Assembly (NCBI GenBank): GCA_001724265.1
Contig: MEDY01000014.1
Location: 124,001 to 188,000 of the forward strand
Length of the DNA stretch: 64,000 nt
Source: Rhizaria sp. SCN 62-66
Lineage: Eukaryota
Direction of reading: 5' to 3'
Made by a program: the position numbers and the translations under genes. Under the pieces are notes generated by a model that saw only the letters and a program-made list of their open reading frames with translations, was not told the DNA's origin and made no database searches. The stretch's first letter is position 1. Every line of letters starts with the position of its first letter. Positions 11,101 through 21,826 of this stretch are shown in pieces.

Positions 11101-12070
11101 CCGCCTCGCGGCGGCCAAGGGCAAGACCGCCGCCGCCGCGGCCGCCATGCTCGGCGGCGCCGACTCGGCCGCGGCGTCCTCCGCCCCCGAGAGCGCGGGC
11201 GAGGGCGCCGACGCGGACACGCCTGAGGACCTGGACAGCCGGTCCGTGTACGTCAAGAACATGTCGTTCGACACCAAGGAAGACGGCTTCCGCGCGGCGC
11301 TCGGCGCGCTGTGCCAGAAGGCCTGGGAGAAGCACTGCGCGACCCTGCACCAGCGCGGCAAGACCGTCCCGGCGACGCCGTGGGCCGTGCGCGCGGTCCG
11401 CATCGCGCACCGCACGGCGACCGCGGCCGACAAAGGCCGCACGGTCGGCGAGAAGCTCTCGCTCGGCTACGGTTTCGTCGAATTCTCCACGGGCGCCGCC
11501 GCCGCCGGTGTTGTCGCGGCTGCAACGGCGCAGCGCGGACTGGCGCTCGACGGGCACTTGCTCGAGCTGCGCGTGTCGCGCCGCGGCGAGGCCTCCGCGC
11601 CCGCGTCTGGACTGGGCGGGCGCGCGGCCGGGGACATCTCTGGCGCGCGCGCGCAGACGATCCTGCGCGAGCGCGGCGTCGTAACGGACGAGAAGCGCCG
11701 CGAACAGGAAGAGTGGTCACAACGCTCCACGAAGCTTATCGTGCGCAACGTGCCGTTCGAGGCCAACGTGGGCGAAATCCGCGAGCTGTTTGCGGCGTTC
11801 GGCCAGCTGCGCCGCTGCCGCATGCCCGAAAAGGCCGACCGGTCCTCGCACCGTGGTTTCGCCTTCGTGGACTTCGTCACTGCGCAGGAGGCCCGCAACG
11901 CGCACGCCGCGCTGCAGTCGACTCACTTGCTCGGCCGTCACCTCGTGCTCGAGTGGGCCAACCCAGACGAGACGGTCGAGGAGCTCCGCGAGAAGACGCG
12001 CAAGGCGCAGGAGACGCGCGCGCAAAACGCCACGGCTGGGTTTGTCGAGAAGATGCAGAAGCGCTTTTGA
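8144..12070 (+). CDS. MRD1: Multiple-RRM pre-rRNA processing protein Mrd1/RBM19, 2 exons (8144-8404, 8642-12070), about 1229 aa
   Basis: RRM1 TRLCLKNIP...GKSRQLAFIGFKT, then RPWSRYS, ESGRLFLRRLPF, HNWNSLF, VRMAVAETH, TILVKNLP, PLYLEWAP, SLGYGFVEF, TKLIVRNVPFEA, HRGFAFVDF and THLLGRHLVLEWA, all characteristic of Mrd1/RBM19. Confidence 0.95.
8405..8641 (+). other. Spliceosomal intron (237 nt, phase 0) in MRD1/RBM19
   Basis: CAG|GTACGT donor, pyrimidine tract and TTTCAG acceptor. Splicing gives IRVQ|AEFAQP and completes RRM1. Confidence 0.85.
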
Positions 12071-13097
12071 ACACAGCAACATCATCAATTTCGTCCATCA
12101 GGCTTAGTATTTCAAATGAATCACTCTTTCTCTTGCGACAACAAGCGTTTTGTTGCTGCGTTATGCGCTTAAGCTCACGATAAATGTTATGAACTGTATT
12201 TGTTGTGTCGTCGCAGGGCCATGGCTCGTGGCCACGTATTGTAGTTGCGTGACACGACGGATTGAATACTCATACGATACAAAGCATTTTTATTTCACTT
12301 AAGCTTTCAGAGATCGGATTAAAAAAGCGCTTGTTGGAATGTTACATAAATTAGCATGACATAGTGTATTGATCGCTGTACACGTAGTTGGAATGAACGT
12401 TGTTTTGTTTAAATCAGTCAACTAGATGAACGATACACGTAACGCACAAGCTGATATTACGCAAACGAGTGAGCAAACGAGACCGCGACCGCGATGTCAC
12501 GCGCGAACGAACGCACACAAGTGCGACGACCACGCGTGACAGAGCAAACACGAACGCGACTTGCATCCGCGGTTTTGAAATGTCTTTTCGTTGTAGTAAT
12601 CTAGAGTAGTCGTAAAGTTGTTGGTTTTAGAACATCAAAACGCAATGCGCCGCTAGTCGTGGCGAATGGCATTGAAGTTGAATTTAAAAAAATAAAAAAT
12701 GAAAGGTGTTGTGATTGCTTTAATTGTGAAATACCTTTGTTGTGTGTTGTCAACATTTGCTTGTGTGTACAATTTTAGGGAATACATGTGGCGAGAAAAT
12801 GAAAAGAGAAAGCAAATAAGCCAGAACAACAAACAGATGCAACAGCAACAACAAACAGCAAAAGACATCAATAGCAGCAAGCAGGAACACCTGTGACAGC
12901 ATGCGCCGTTGTGCGTGGTGTTCAGCTGTAGAAAACGTCGGCAGCGAAAACCTCAATACAAGCACAACACAGCGCGCAGGGAACTGGCAGAACACAAAAA
13001 CAATGGAAACGTGTGCTCAGTGCGAGTGTCCTTCCTGGGAAACCCCTTTAAATAGCCTCACAAGCAAAGAGAGCCTGAATGCGTCTCTTCTGCGAAC

Positions 13098-14528
13098 TTA
13101 GTAGATGGAGCGGCCGAAGCGCTCGCGGCAGAAGGCAGCGAGGTCGTCGCGGTGGTCGGGGTGCGACACGGCAATCAGGTTGCGCGCGCGCTCCTGGAGC
13201 GACTTGCCGTTGAGCTCAGCGATACCGTACTCAGTGACAACGTAGTGGACGTGGCCACGCGTGGTGACAACGCCGGCGCCGGGGGCGAGCATCTTGGAGA
13301 TCTTGCTCTGGCCCTTGGCCGTGGTGGAGGGCATCGCGATGATGGGCTTGCCGCCCTGGGAGATGGCAGCACCGCGCATGAAGTCCATCTGGCCACCAAA
13401 GCCGGAGAAGATGCGCGTGCCGATCGAGTCGGCGCAGATCTGGCCCGTGAGGTCGACCTCGATGGCAGAGTTGAGGGCGATCATGTTGTCGTTCATGGCG
13501 ATCACAGCAGGGTTGTTGACGGTGGAGACGTCGAGCATCTGCATCTCGGGGTTGTCGTGCGCAAAGTCGAACAGCTCCTTGGAGCCGGTGAGGAAAGTCG
13601 ACACGAGGTGGTTGGCAAACACCTTCTTGCGGCGGTTGTTCACCACGCCGGACTTGATGAGCGGGAGAGCGCCGTCGCACATGAGCTCGGTGTGGATGCC
13701 GATGTCCTTGTGGCCGCCGAGCTGCGCGAGCACGGCGTTGGGAATCGAGCCGATGCCAATCTGCAGCGTCGCGCCGTCGGGGATGAGCGACGCGCAGTAC
13801 TTGCCGATCGTCGCGTCGACCTCGGTAATCGGGGGGTCCGAGGCGTAGTACACAGGGGTCTTGGCCTCGATCGCAGCGTCGATGGCCGAGATGTGCACAG
13901 CGGCGTCACCGTGCGTGCGCGGCATAGTGGGGTTGAACTGCGCGATGACGACCTTGGCCGTCTGCACGGCGGCGACGGCGCACTCGACGGAGATGCCGAG
14001 CGAGCACCAGCCGTTGGCGTCGGGGGGCGAGACGTTGATGAGCGCGATGTCGAGCGGGATGGCGCCGGAGCGGTAGAGCTTCGGAACCTCGGAGAAGAAG
14101 ACGGGGACGAACTCGGCGCGGCCAGTGGCAAGGTGGGGGCGCACGTTGGGCGAGGTGAAGCAGGACATGGAGGTGAACTTGCCGAACGGGATGTTGTCCT
14201 CGAGGTGGGGCAGGGGGCCGTTGAGGGACATGTGCCACATCTTGACCTTGTCGACGGACTCGTGCAGGTCAGCGCAGCCCTGCAAGAGGTCGGTGGGGGT
14301 CGCGGCAGCCATCTGGAGGAAGACGTTCTGGCCGGACTTGAGGTAAGGACGCAGAGCGTCGACGGCGTTGGCCTTGATCTCGCACTTCTTGTCGCCCTTA
14401 AGTCCGTGGAAGTGGGGCTGGTTGAGGGTAGAGATGCCCGCCTTGGCGGCGGAAACGGGCGCAGATGCAGCCGCCGAGACAGCCTTGCCGAGAGCGCTCG
14501 CGCGGAGAGTCTTCGAAAGAATCGACAT
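13098..14528 (-). CDS. Acetyl-CoA hydrolase/transferase family I enzyme (4-hydroxybutyrate CoA-transferase-like, probable acetate:succinate CoA-transferase subfamily IB), mitochondrial presequence, 476 aa
   Basis: Motifs VSPPDANGWCSLG, QFNPTMPRTHGD, DGATLQIGIGSIPNAV, GIHTE (catalytic Glu), EVDLTGQICADSIG, GFGGQMDFMRGA, GAGVVTTRGHVHYVVTEYG and HPDHR. The N-terminus MSILSKTLRASALGKAV is S/K/R/A-rich with no acidic residues. Confidence 0.92.
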   Translation of the reverse strand: MSILSKTLRASALGKAVSAAASAPVSAAKAGISTLNQPHFHGLKGDKKCEIKANAVDALRPYLKSGQNVFLQMAAATPTDLLQGCADLHESVDKVKMWHMSLNGPLPHLEDNIPFGKFTSMSCFTSPNVRPHLATGRAEFVPVFFSEVPKLYRSGAIPLDIALINVSPPDANGWCSLGISVECAVAAVQTAKVVIAQFNPTMPRTHGDAAVHISAIDAAIEAKTPVYYASDPPITEVDATIGKYCASLIPDGATLQIGIGSIPNAVLAQLGGHKDIGIHTELMCDGALPLIKSGVVNNRRKKVFANHLVSTFLTGSKELFDFAHDNPEMQMLDVSTVNNPAVIAMNDNMIALNSAIEVDLTGQICADSIGTRIFSGFGGQMDFMRGAAISQGGKPIIAMPSTTAKGQSKISKMLAPGAGVVTTRGHVHYVVTEYGIAELNGKSLQERARNLIAVSHPDHRDDLAAFCRERFGRSIY

Positions 14529-15211
14529 CAAACTCTAGTTCGCCAGAATGCGGGAAAAAGTGAACAGCAAGTAGGAGGGGGTAAGTGACGATGAGCTTGC
14601 AAAATGCATTTTGCTAAAAAGACGAAACTGGGCGATATAAACTGCATATATTGATAGCCTCAAATTCGGAAAATATAAAAACCAGTATCTACCGTCCAGA
14701 AAGCCAACCTCCCATTTATTTCACGCCCACGTCATGCCAGTATCTAAATAGAATGCCTGTCCCGTCGCCCATTCGACGAGGAAGCCTGCCCCCTCTATGG
14801 CTGACGTGACCAACCACCAGTCGAATCTCTGACTGCAGTCCAGTTGCGGCCAAACTTTGCCCTCGAGCTCACGGTCAACCAGCCCCGGTCACCAGTCCAA
14901 CAGCTCGGTCTTCTCACTCTCAGTCTATGAATTTTTGCTCGCATGGAGCTTAGCGGTGTATAGTTAGAGTGTATGAAATTGCAGTTTTTATAACTAAATA
15001 GAAGAGAAGCGCGGGTGTTTGATCTTTGTTTGCTGTTGCTAAACAACGGTGTTATGTGTGTTTGGTAGTCGCTCGAAAGATGTGTAGGTTGCCCTGTCCG
15101 ATCGACTTTATGCTGACTGCTGCTGCCCTTGTCGCCCTTGCTTTCCCTGTGCAGACCTCGCGGTTTCGCGTTTTGCTTTCTCGTAGGTCTGTGCATTTTC
15201 TGCCCCGTCCT

Positions 15212-15280
15212 GTGAGTTTCCGCCCTCTTCGTTCCCCGCCTCCGCCCCGTCCCGCCCCGTTCCGTCGTCACTAACCACAG
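15212..15280 (+). other. Probable 5'-UTR intron (69 nt) of mitochondrial uL11
   Basis: GTGAGT at 15212, a pyrimidine-rich body, CTAAC at 15271 and CACAG ending at 15280, 6 nt before the ATG. Confidence 0.55.
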
Positions 15281-15286
15281 CACACC

Positions 15287-15823
15287 ATGAGCAAGGCCAC
15301 CGCCGCCGTCGCCCGCACTGTGCGTCTCATCGTTCCCGCCGCCAAGGCCAAGCCGTCCCCCGCGATCGGTCAGGCCCTCGGTCAGCTCGGTGTGAACATG
15401 ATGATGTTCTGCAAAGACTTCAACGCCAAGACGACCCACTACAAGGACGATATTCCTCTCCGTGTGTCATTTACGGCCTACCCCGATAAGACCTTCTCTT
15501 TCACCCCGCTTGGTCCCTTCTCCTCCTGGCTCGTCAAGCAGGCCGCCGGCGTCGGGCTCGGCGCCGCGCAGACCGGCAAGGAGCGCGTCGGCACCATCCA
15601 CGTCAAGCAGCTCTTCGAGATTGCCCGCGTGAAGCAGTCTGTTGAGCCCGGTCTCAAGGCCATCCCGCTCGAGTCGCTCTGCCGCTCGCTCGCCGCCACG
15701 TGCCGCTCCATGGGCATCGCCATCGACGCCCGTCCCCGCGATGTCCCCGCCGGCACCAAACGTTCCCCCGCGCCCGCCATGGCCGTTGTCACTAAGGACA
15801 AGAAGAAGGGTGGCAAGAAGTGA
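15287..15823 (+). CDS. MRPL11: Mitochondrial ribosomal protein uL11m
   Basis: VRLIVPAAKAKPSPAIGQALGQLGVNMMMFCKDFNAKT, SWLVKQAAG, GTIHVKQLFEIARVKQ and TCRSMGI are bacterial/mitochondrial L11 motifs. Confidence 0.95.
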   Translation: MSKATAAVARTVRLIVPAAKAKPSPAIGQALGQLGVNMMMFCKDFNAKTTHYKDDIPLRVSFTAYPDKTFSFTPLGPFSSWLVKQAAGVGLGAAQTGKERVGTIHVKQLFEIARVKQSVEPGLKAIPLESLCRSLAATCRSMGIAIDARPRDVPAGTKRSPAPAMAVVTKDKKKGGKK

Positions 15824-16438
15824 GCAACTTCACGTGCTGGTGTGCTTCCTTCGCTATTTTATCCTTACAAAACAAAGGCCAAGTATGTTCTTGCGCCTCG
15901 CAATACAAAATATTTGTTCGCTCATATCCCCCAATGCCACTATTTTTTTCCCTGCCCCACATATCACCCGCCAAATCCGTCCGTTACTGTTCTCGTCCTG
16001 TCTTCACTGTACCCAGCTGCGGTCTGGACCCAGTCGGTCGGTCAGTCGGTCGGTGTCGAGAGCACGCGGCTTGAGTTTGGGCCACCCAGACTTGGGTCGC
16101 GAGGTGCACCGTGCAGGTCGATTATCTCGCCCGGGGCGCTGTGTGATTAGTTCTATTTTTATTTTACACGTTGTGTGCTGGGTTTTCTATTTGAAATTTA
16201 GTCTTGCTTTGCTCCCGTTGGATTTCATGGCTTCTATTTAGACCTACCGTGTGCGTTGATCGTCGATGCCAGTTGTCCCCTGCAGCCCTGTTCACCTTTC
16301 CCCCTCCGACCTCGCCCCGCCTCTGCAGCTTTCCCGTCGCGCCTCCGCCCACTCCTTGGCCTCAAGGACCCTTCTGAGTCTCTCCGTAACCCACCTGCTG
16401 CCGCTGTCTGGGCTAACTCACAGCTTCCCCGCGTCGCA

Positions 16439-18736
16439 ATGAGTACGTTTCTTCTCTCTCAATCTGAATCTTGTGTCGTGTTGCCCTTCCTCGCATCGCA
16501 CCTGGTGCCATCTTTTCTCGTCTAGGCGCGATGCCTGCCCCATATCTACGTTTTCCAGCTTGTGGTGTTTCCTCTCCTTTTGAAATATTTTCTTTCCAAC
16601 CGCCTCTCACCTCCACATTCCCGTCCTATATTCCCGCCCTCCCTCCTCGTTTTTGTTGCTCCCGCTCTGCCTCGCCCTCGCACGCGCGCCCTCTGCCCCT
16701 GCTGTCTCCCGCTCTCACATCGCCCCTGCTTTCACTCCCGCGCAGGCACGACGTTCGACGTTGACCCCGTCGCCCTCTTCCTGGAAGAGTACAAAGAGCC
16801 TGGGATCGACCATGGAGCGATGATCGCCCTCGTCAACCGCCTGACGGCCGTGGCCGCCGCTGTGGGCCCCAAGCGCGTCGTCACCGAGCTCATCCCTCTC
16901 GTTGCACAGCCCTCGTTCTACCAAGTCGAGAACGACGAGGTTCTCTCGGCGATCGGCCGTCAGCTGCTCGCTCTCTTCGACATCGCCGGTGGCCCCGCCA
17001 CCGCGGCCGACACGCTCCCGCCGCTCATGCCCGTCTTTGAGTCGCTGCTGGCCGAGGAAGAGGTCATCGTGCGCCAGTCGGCCGTCACGTGCCTCACCGC
17101 CATCGTCGCCACGCTGTCCCCAGACGACGTCGCCAATCTCGTCCTCCCTACCTTCAAGCGTGTCGTCCTCAACGACTGGTTCGCGGCCCGCGTCTCTGGC
17201 GCGTCCGTCGCCCCCGCGCTGCTCGCCGCGCTGCCTGAGTCGCAGCTGGCTACCATCCGCGGCGTCTTTGCCTCGCTCATGGCGGACGAGACGCCCATGG
17301 TGCGCCGCGCCGCCGCGCTCGCGCTTCCCGCCTGGACCCACGCACTCGCGCAGGCCACGGCGCGCATGCCGCCCCAGGCGCGCTTCTCCCACATCCGCGC
17401 CGACATCTACCCGTTCGTGCGCGCGCTCTCGGTCGAGGACCACGACTCGCTGCGCGTCCTCGCGCCGCCCGCGCTCGCCGCGCTCATCGCGCGCATGCGC
17501 CCCGCCGACTTCCCCCCCGTCGCGCTCGCGCTCGTCGAGGGCCTCCAGGACGACTACTCGTGGCGTGTGCGCCAAGCTCTCGCGCTGTCGATGGCGCAGA
17601 TTTGCGAAGCCACCGTCACGCTTGGTATCGCGCAGAACGCGCCCGCCACGCCCGCGCCCGCCGGCGCCCCGGCTCCCGCGCCGCACGCAGACACGGGCGT
17701 GCACTTGCGCAAGATCCTCGCAGTCTACGGCAAGCTCTTCAAGGACAAGGCGGCCGACGTGCGCGCCGCCGCGGCGTCGGTCGCCGCCGACGTCGCCAAG
17801 GCCTGCGTCGGCGTGCCGTTCACGCCCGTCACCAAGCGCACCAAGCGCGACCCCGCGCTGGACCTGTCCCCGCTGCCGCTGCCTGCCCCGCTGCCCGCGG
17901 CGACCAACCCGCACTCTGGCGGCGCCGTGGAGACGATCCTGGCCGCACTGGACGAGCTCGTCACGGACGCGTCGGTGGACGTCAAGCTCGACCTGTGCTC
18001 GTCGCTGCTCGCGCTCGCCCCGCTCGTCAGCAAGGACAGCGTTATGAAGACGCTGGTGCCCGTTTTCCAGCAGCTCTGCCGCGACGACGCCGTTGAGGTG
18101 CGCAATGCTGTCATCGAAGGCCTGGAGATCATCAACGAGGTTGTCGGTCCCCAGGGGCTCACCTCGGCGCTGCTGCCTTTGTTTCTGGACCTCGCCAAGG
18201 ACACCAAATGGCGCATCCGTATGGCCGTCGTCGGCAAGCTGGGTTTCCTGGCCCGCATCCTCGGCGTCAAGGTGTTCGAGAAGCGTGTACACGCCATCCT
18301 GCTGCTGGCGCTGTCTGACCACGTGCACTCGATTCGCCAGCGCACGTGCGAGCAATTGGGCTCCGTCACGCAGCACCTCGGCATTAAGTGGGTCGTTGAG
18401 CGTCTGCTGCCGCCCGCGCTCGCGCTGTACGACAAGACGCAAAACTACCTGCACCGCATGACGTCGCTGCTCTTTGTGCTCAACACCGTCGCCGCGGCCG
18501 ACAACGCGTGCCCCGCCGATGTGATCGAGCGCCACATGCTCCAGGTCGTGCTCGCGGGCGCCACCGACGACGTCGCCAACGTGCGGGTTGCCGCTGCGCG
18601 CTGCTGCATTGAGATGGCGCCTCGGCTCGATGCCAAGCTCGTGCAGGCCAAGATCAAGCCGCTGATGGCCAAGAACGCCAACGATGCGGACCGGGACGTG
18701 GCGTACTTCTCCGGCCTTGCTCTCAAGCTCTGCTAA
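16439..18736 (+). CDS. Protein phosphatase 2A scaffold subunit A (PR65-like HEAT repeats), coding exons 16439-16442 and 16746-18736, about 664 aa
   Basis: DPVALFLEE, ELIPL, DEVL, EEEVIVRQSAV, DWFAARVS, DETPMVRRAAA, DSLRV, DYSWRVR, DTKWRIRMAV, DHVHSIR, NYLHRMT, DDVANVR and DRDVAYF are PP2A-A signatures. ATGA plus GC across the intron gives MSTTFDVDP. Confidence 0.92.
16443..16745 (+). other. Spliceosomal intron (303 nt, phase 1) immediately after the PP2A-A start codon
   Basis: GTACGT donor, identical to two other introns here, a long pyrimidine-rich body and CCCGCGCAG acceptor. It supplies the ATG otherwise missing upstream of the conserved DPVAL motif. Confidence 0.75.
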
Positions 18737-19100
18737 ATAACAAAGCTGAAGAAAGCAAACAACAAACAAAACTCAAGCTTCACTCGTAAAACGTGTCAAC
18801 GAACTTGGACAGACCGTGGCGTGCTACCACTACCACTAGGATCGCGCTCGCTGTGGTGGGTGAGTTTCAACGCTGAGGCTTGTGTTGAGTTGAGGTGTAA
18901 AGCTGGCTGGAGGATGCTGAGTTCTGTTCAAAGTGAAAAGTGAATATGAAAATGAACTGATGTTGTGTTTGTGAGTGGTAAAAAATGAGTGCAGTCTGTG
19001 ATCCTAGACGGACAGGTACTTTATAGATATAAGACAGAAGAGTAGTATAATGTAGTAATTTGAAGTAGTATAAGTATCGCCTGTTTCATCTATAGTTTGT

Positions 19101-19116
19101 AAAAAAAAAAAAAAAA
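19101..19116. repeat. A16 homopolymer downstream of PP2A-A
   Basis: Sixteen consecutive A residues seen directly. Confidence 0.9.
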
Positions 19117-19852
19117 TGTTTTTTAACATATTTTTGTCTGTGTTCGTTGTTTGCGTTTGACGACGAGTAGAGTTGAATTGGAGTCGTGTATTTCGCAGTT
19201 AACGAGCGAGCGTGCAACTGACGACACTGTGGCATTGCGAGGTGCACATTAGCTGTTCTACTTGAGAGCTCATGTGCTGTTTTCGCTGCTCCGTGTGTGC
19301 GTCAAAGCAATGCAAAGCGGTCGCGAGGCGGGGGGCTGAAGAGGCCCGGTCGCTGTCGCAAGCTCGCACAAGCGAGAGTGAGAGCAAGAACAGGAACGAA
19401 AGCAATCAGCGCTGATCTTGCTCTGGTGTTGTTGTCGTCTCTCTCCCTCTCCGTCTCTGGTTTTGACTTGAGTCGTGTCTGGGTCAGCGTTGTCAAGCTG
19501 TCCTCTGTACATTGATCGATCAATTGGCATGGCTTTTCTTGGCTTTGACGTGCAAGGGCTGCAAATATTGCCATGTACGAAACATTATGAAACAAAAATA
19601 TACTAAATACAAGTATGTTTATCCACAACCCTACTGCTTTACTCTGCTTGAATTGCATAAAGCGCTCTGTCGTGGTCGTTCACAACTGCCTTCGGACCTC
19701 TCGATGTCGTCCAAGAAGTCTTATCGTAAAACATGTATATCTTGTTCAACTGATCGTCATTCCTAAAATCGTTCTTGTATGCTATTTTAGCGACACTATA
19801 AATTACAAATGTTTTATTATATTCCTCAACTTCTTCAATTCATCTCTTTAGA

Positions 19853-20500
19853 ATGCTTTCCAAGCTCGCAAAGCTTCGCACTTGCGCTTCTCTCGTGATG
19901 CGTTCTGCGGCGCGCCTCTCCGCCGCGTCCGCGCTTCCTTCCCGCGCGATGAGCTCCAACGGTTTTTCTTACCCTGCGCCGCGCACGCTGGAGGCGCTGG
20001 TGAACCTGGACAAGTTCTCCAGCGAGCCCGCTGAGACGATTGAGCAGATCTGGGTGGAGCACCACGCCGCGATGCCCACTGCCATGGCTTCCGCTGTGCC
20101 CGCTGCGGACTACGCGCGTATCGCGCAGCGCGCGGCGTCGACGCCCTTTTTCACGCTGCCCGTGCAGCGCGACTCCGGCCACTTCATGCTGCTGGCGCAG
20201 TTCCAGGACCGTTCGTGGCTGCTGACGTACCTCGAAGACTACCGTCGCGACCCCGCGTCGGCGCTGCCGTACCTCACCGTCACGGCCTACCCTGAGCTGG
20301 CGCTCACCAAGGGCCTCGTGCTGCTGCGCAGCGACATCTGCGCACCCGCGACCATCACCAAGGCTGACGCCGCGCGCGCGCTGCGGCAGCTGACGACGCT
20401 ATACGGTGACGACTTGCTCTATAAGCACGTGTTTGACTTCAACGAGAACGCCGGGAAGTTCGACCTTGACGCTGCTATGAAGGCTGTCAACGAGATCTGA
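19853..20500 (+). CDS. ATP11: Mitochondrial F1-ATPase assembly chaperone Atp11/ATPAF1
   Basis: Presequence MLSKLAKLRTCASLVMRSAARLS, then FSYPAPRTLEALV, IEQIWVEHH, PFFTLPVQR, LLTYLEDY, PYLTVTAYPEL..KGLVLLRSDI and VFDFN....FD. Confidence 0.9.
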   Translation: MLSKLAKLRTCASLVMRSAARLSAASALPSRAMSSNGFSYPAPRTLEALVNLDKFSSEPAETIEQIWVEHHAAMPTAMASAVPAADYARIAQRAASTPFFTLPVQRDSGHFMLLAQFQDRSWLLTYLEDYRRDPASALPYLTVTAYPELALTKGLVLLRSDICAPATITKADAARALRQLTTLYGDDLLYKHVFDFNENAGKFDLDAAMKAVNEI

Positions 20501-21826
20501 GCACTTTGTGTGATCTATTGCGTGCGTGGTGCAGTGTGGCTCTGCAAGGGTGCTGTAAGGTGCGGGCGTAACAAACAAAATGCTGCTGTTGTGACGTACT
20601 CTCTGTGTTAAGTGGGCTTTAAAGGGAACAACGAAGGACAGTGGGAGAGATACGCGGATATTGCAACTTAAGACATGCGGTGTTGAGTGTGATAACACTG
20701 ACTGGCACGCTATGACGAGCTGGGGCCGATGCGACGTCTCTTAAGCAGTGAGTCTGGACCCGGAATCTGTAAGAAGGATTATTATCATTTATATAAAGTC
20801 GCTTTTGAATAAATACGCAATTTCGGATTCCATACTCTCTATTTTCTCTAACGTACGTTTTTATTTTAAACATTTGTGCAAATTGTGATTCTTTCTATTT
20901 TGTTTCCTGATTTCAGGCGATCAAATGAAGCATCGCCAGAAATCTTTTCAAGTTAACTGGGATGACAAAACATTTATCAATACAGATAATAAATGACTTT
21001 TTAAAAAGAAAAACACAATTAGACTCTTAAAGCAAAGTTGTATATGTATGACATGCGATTACCATGCACAAGCGCTTTATGAAGTTTCACATCGATCGCT
21101 GATTGAGCGGAGCGCAATACACTGCAGTCTCCACAGAGCTCATTTAAAGAGCGAGCAGGTATATGCCTGTCCACCAATAAAAAAACACTGTTTTGTATTG
21201 GATATTCAAAATTTGTAACAATGTCATGTCTCAATGTCGGTTGTAGCAAAAGCGCAGGATTGGCAGCATTCTACGAGGAACGACTTGACTCTTTTTTGCT
21301 AACAACTTCTGGTTGGTCAACGGGCAGGCCGATCCGACCGAAAGGTGCGTCGCTTACCACTTTCGAGCTTATCTCAGCTCTACAGAGCTAGGATTAGCAA
21401 ATGTTATGAATTGATTTGACATGTTGAGACACGTTTCTGTTTGATTTGATTATCATATCGGCAGCTGACGTTATTTATAGCTCTGGGCAGGTAGCCGACG
21501 CACATGACGTTAGCGTCGTGTGGCCACTCATTCACTCTGGCGGACTCTACTCAACTAAGTCGTCCGATGAGGCCGTTTTGGACCTTGCACCATGGGCTTA
21601 ATGACAATTTTCTCTAAGTGGGCCTCTTTGTGCGGCCTCTAAGGTCCTTCATTTAAGCGCGCATTCATGTTTTGTAGGATCAGGCCGGATCGCCCTTTCT
21701 ACGCACCACTTCTCCGAAAGGCGCATTTCTATCACAAATCTCACACATTTGGCTGACCGATGCATGTCCCAACTCGAAATGCTGTTTTTTTTCTTTTAAA
21801 TGGCTTTTCATAGACTCAGAAAGCTA

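Noticed and set aside
12300-13097. Short ORFs and CA-rich repeats downstream of the CoA-transferase, such as 12699..12896
   Set aside because: The sequence is GT/T-rich on the minus strand, consistent with a 3' UTR, and lacks coding bias.
16562-16745. N-terminal extensions given by the ORF track (PP2A-A from 16562, also 8606, 32692, 35643, 36228, 55713, 57018, 61976)
   Set aside because: They translate pyrimidine-rich intron or acceptor tracts, mostly from GTG/TTG starts. Better ATGs or spliced starts exist.
21555-21600. Hammerhead-like CCGATGAG segment
   Set aside because: It lacks the exact CUGANGA core and a correctly placed GAAA with flanking stems.
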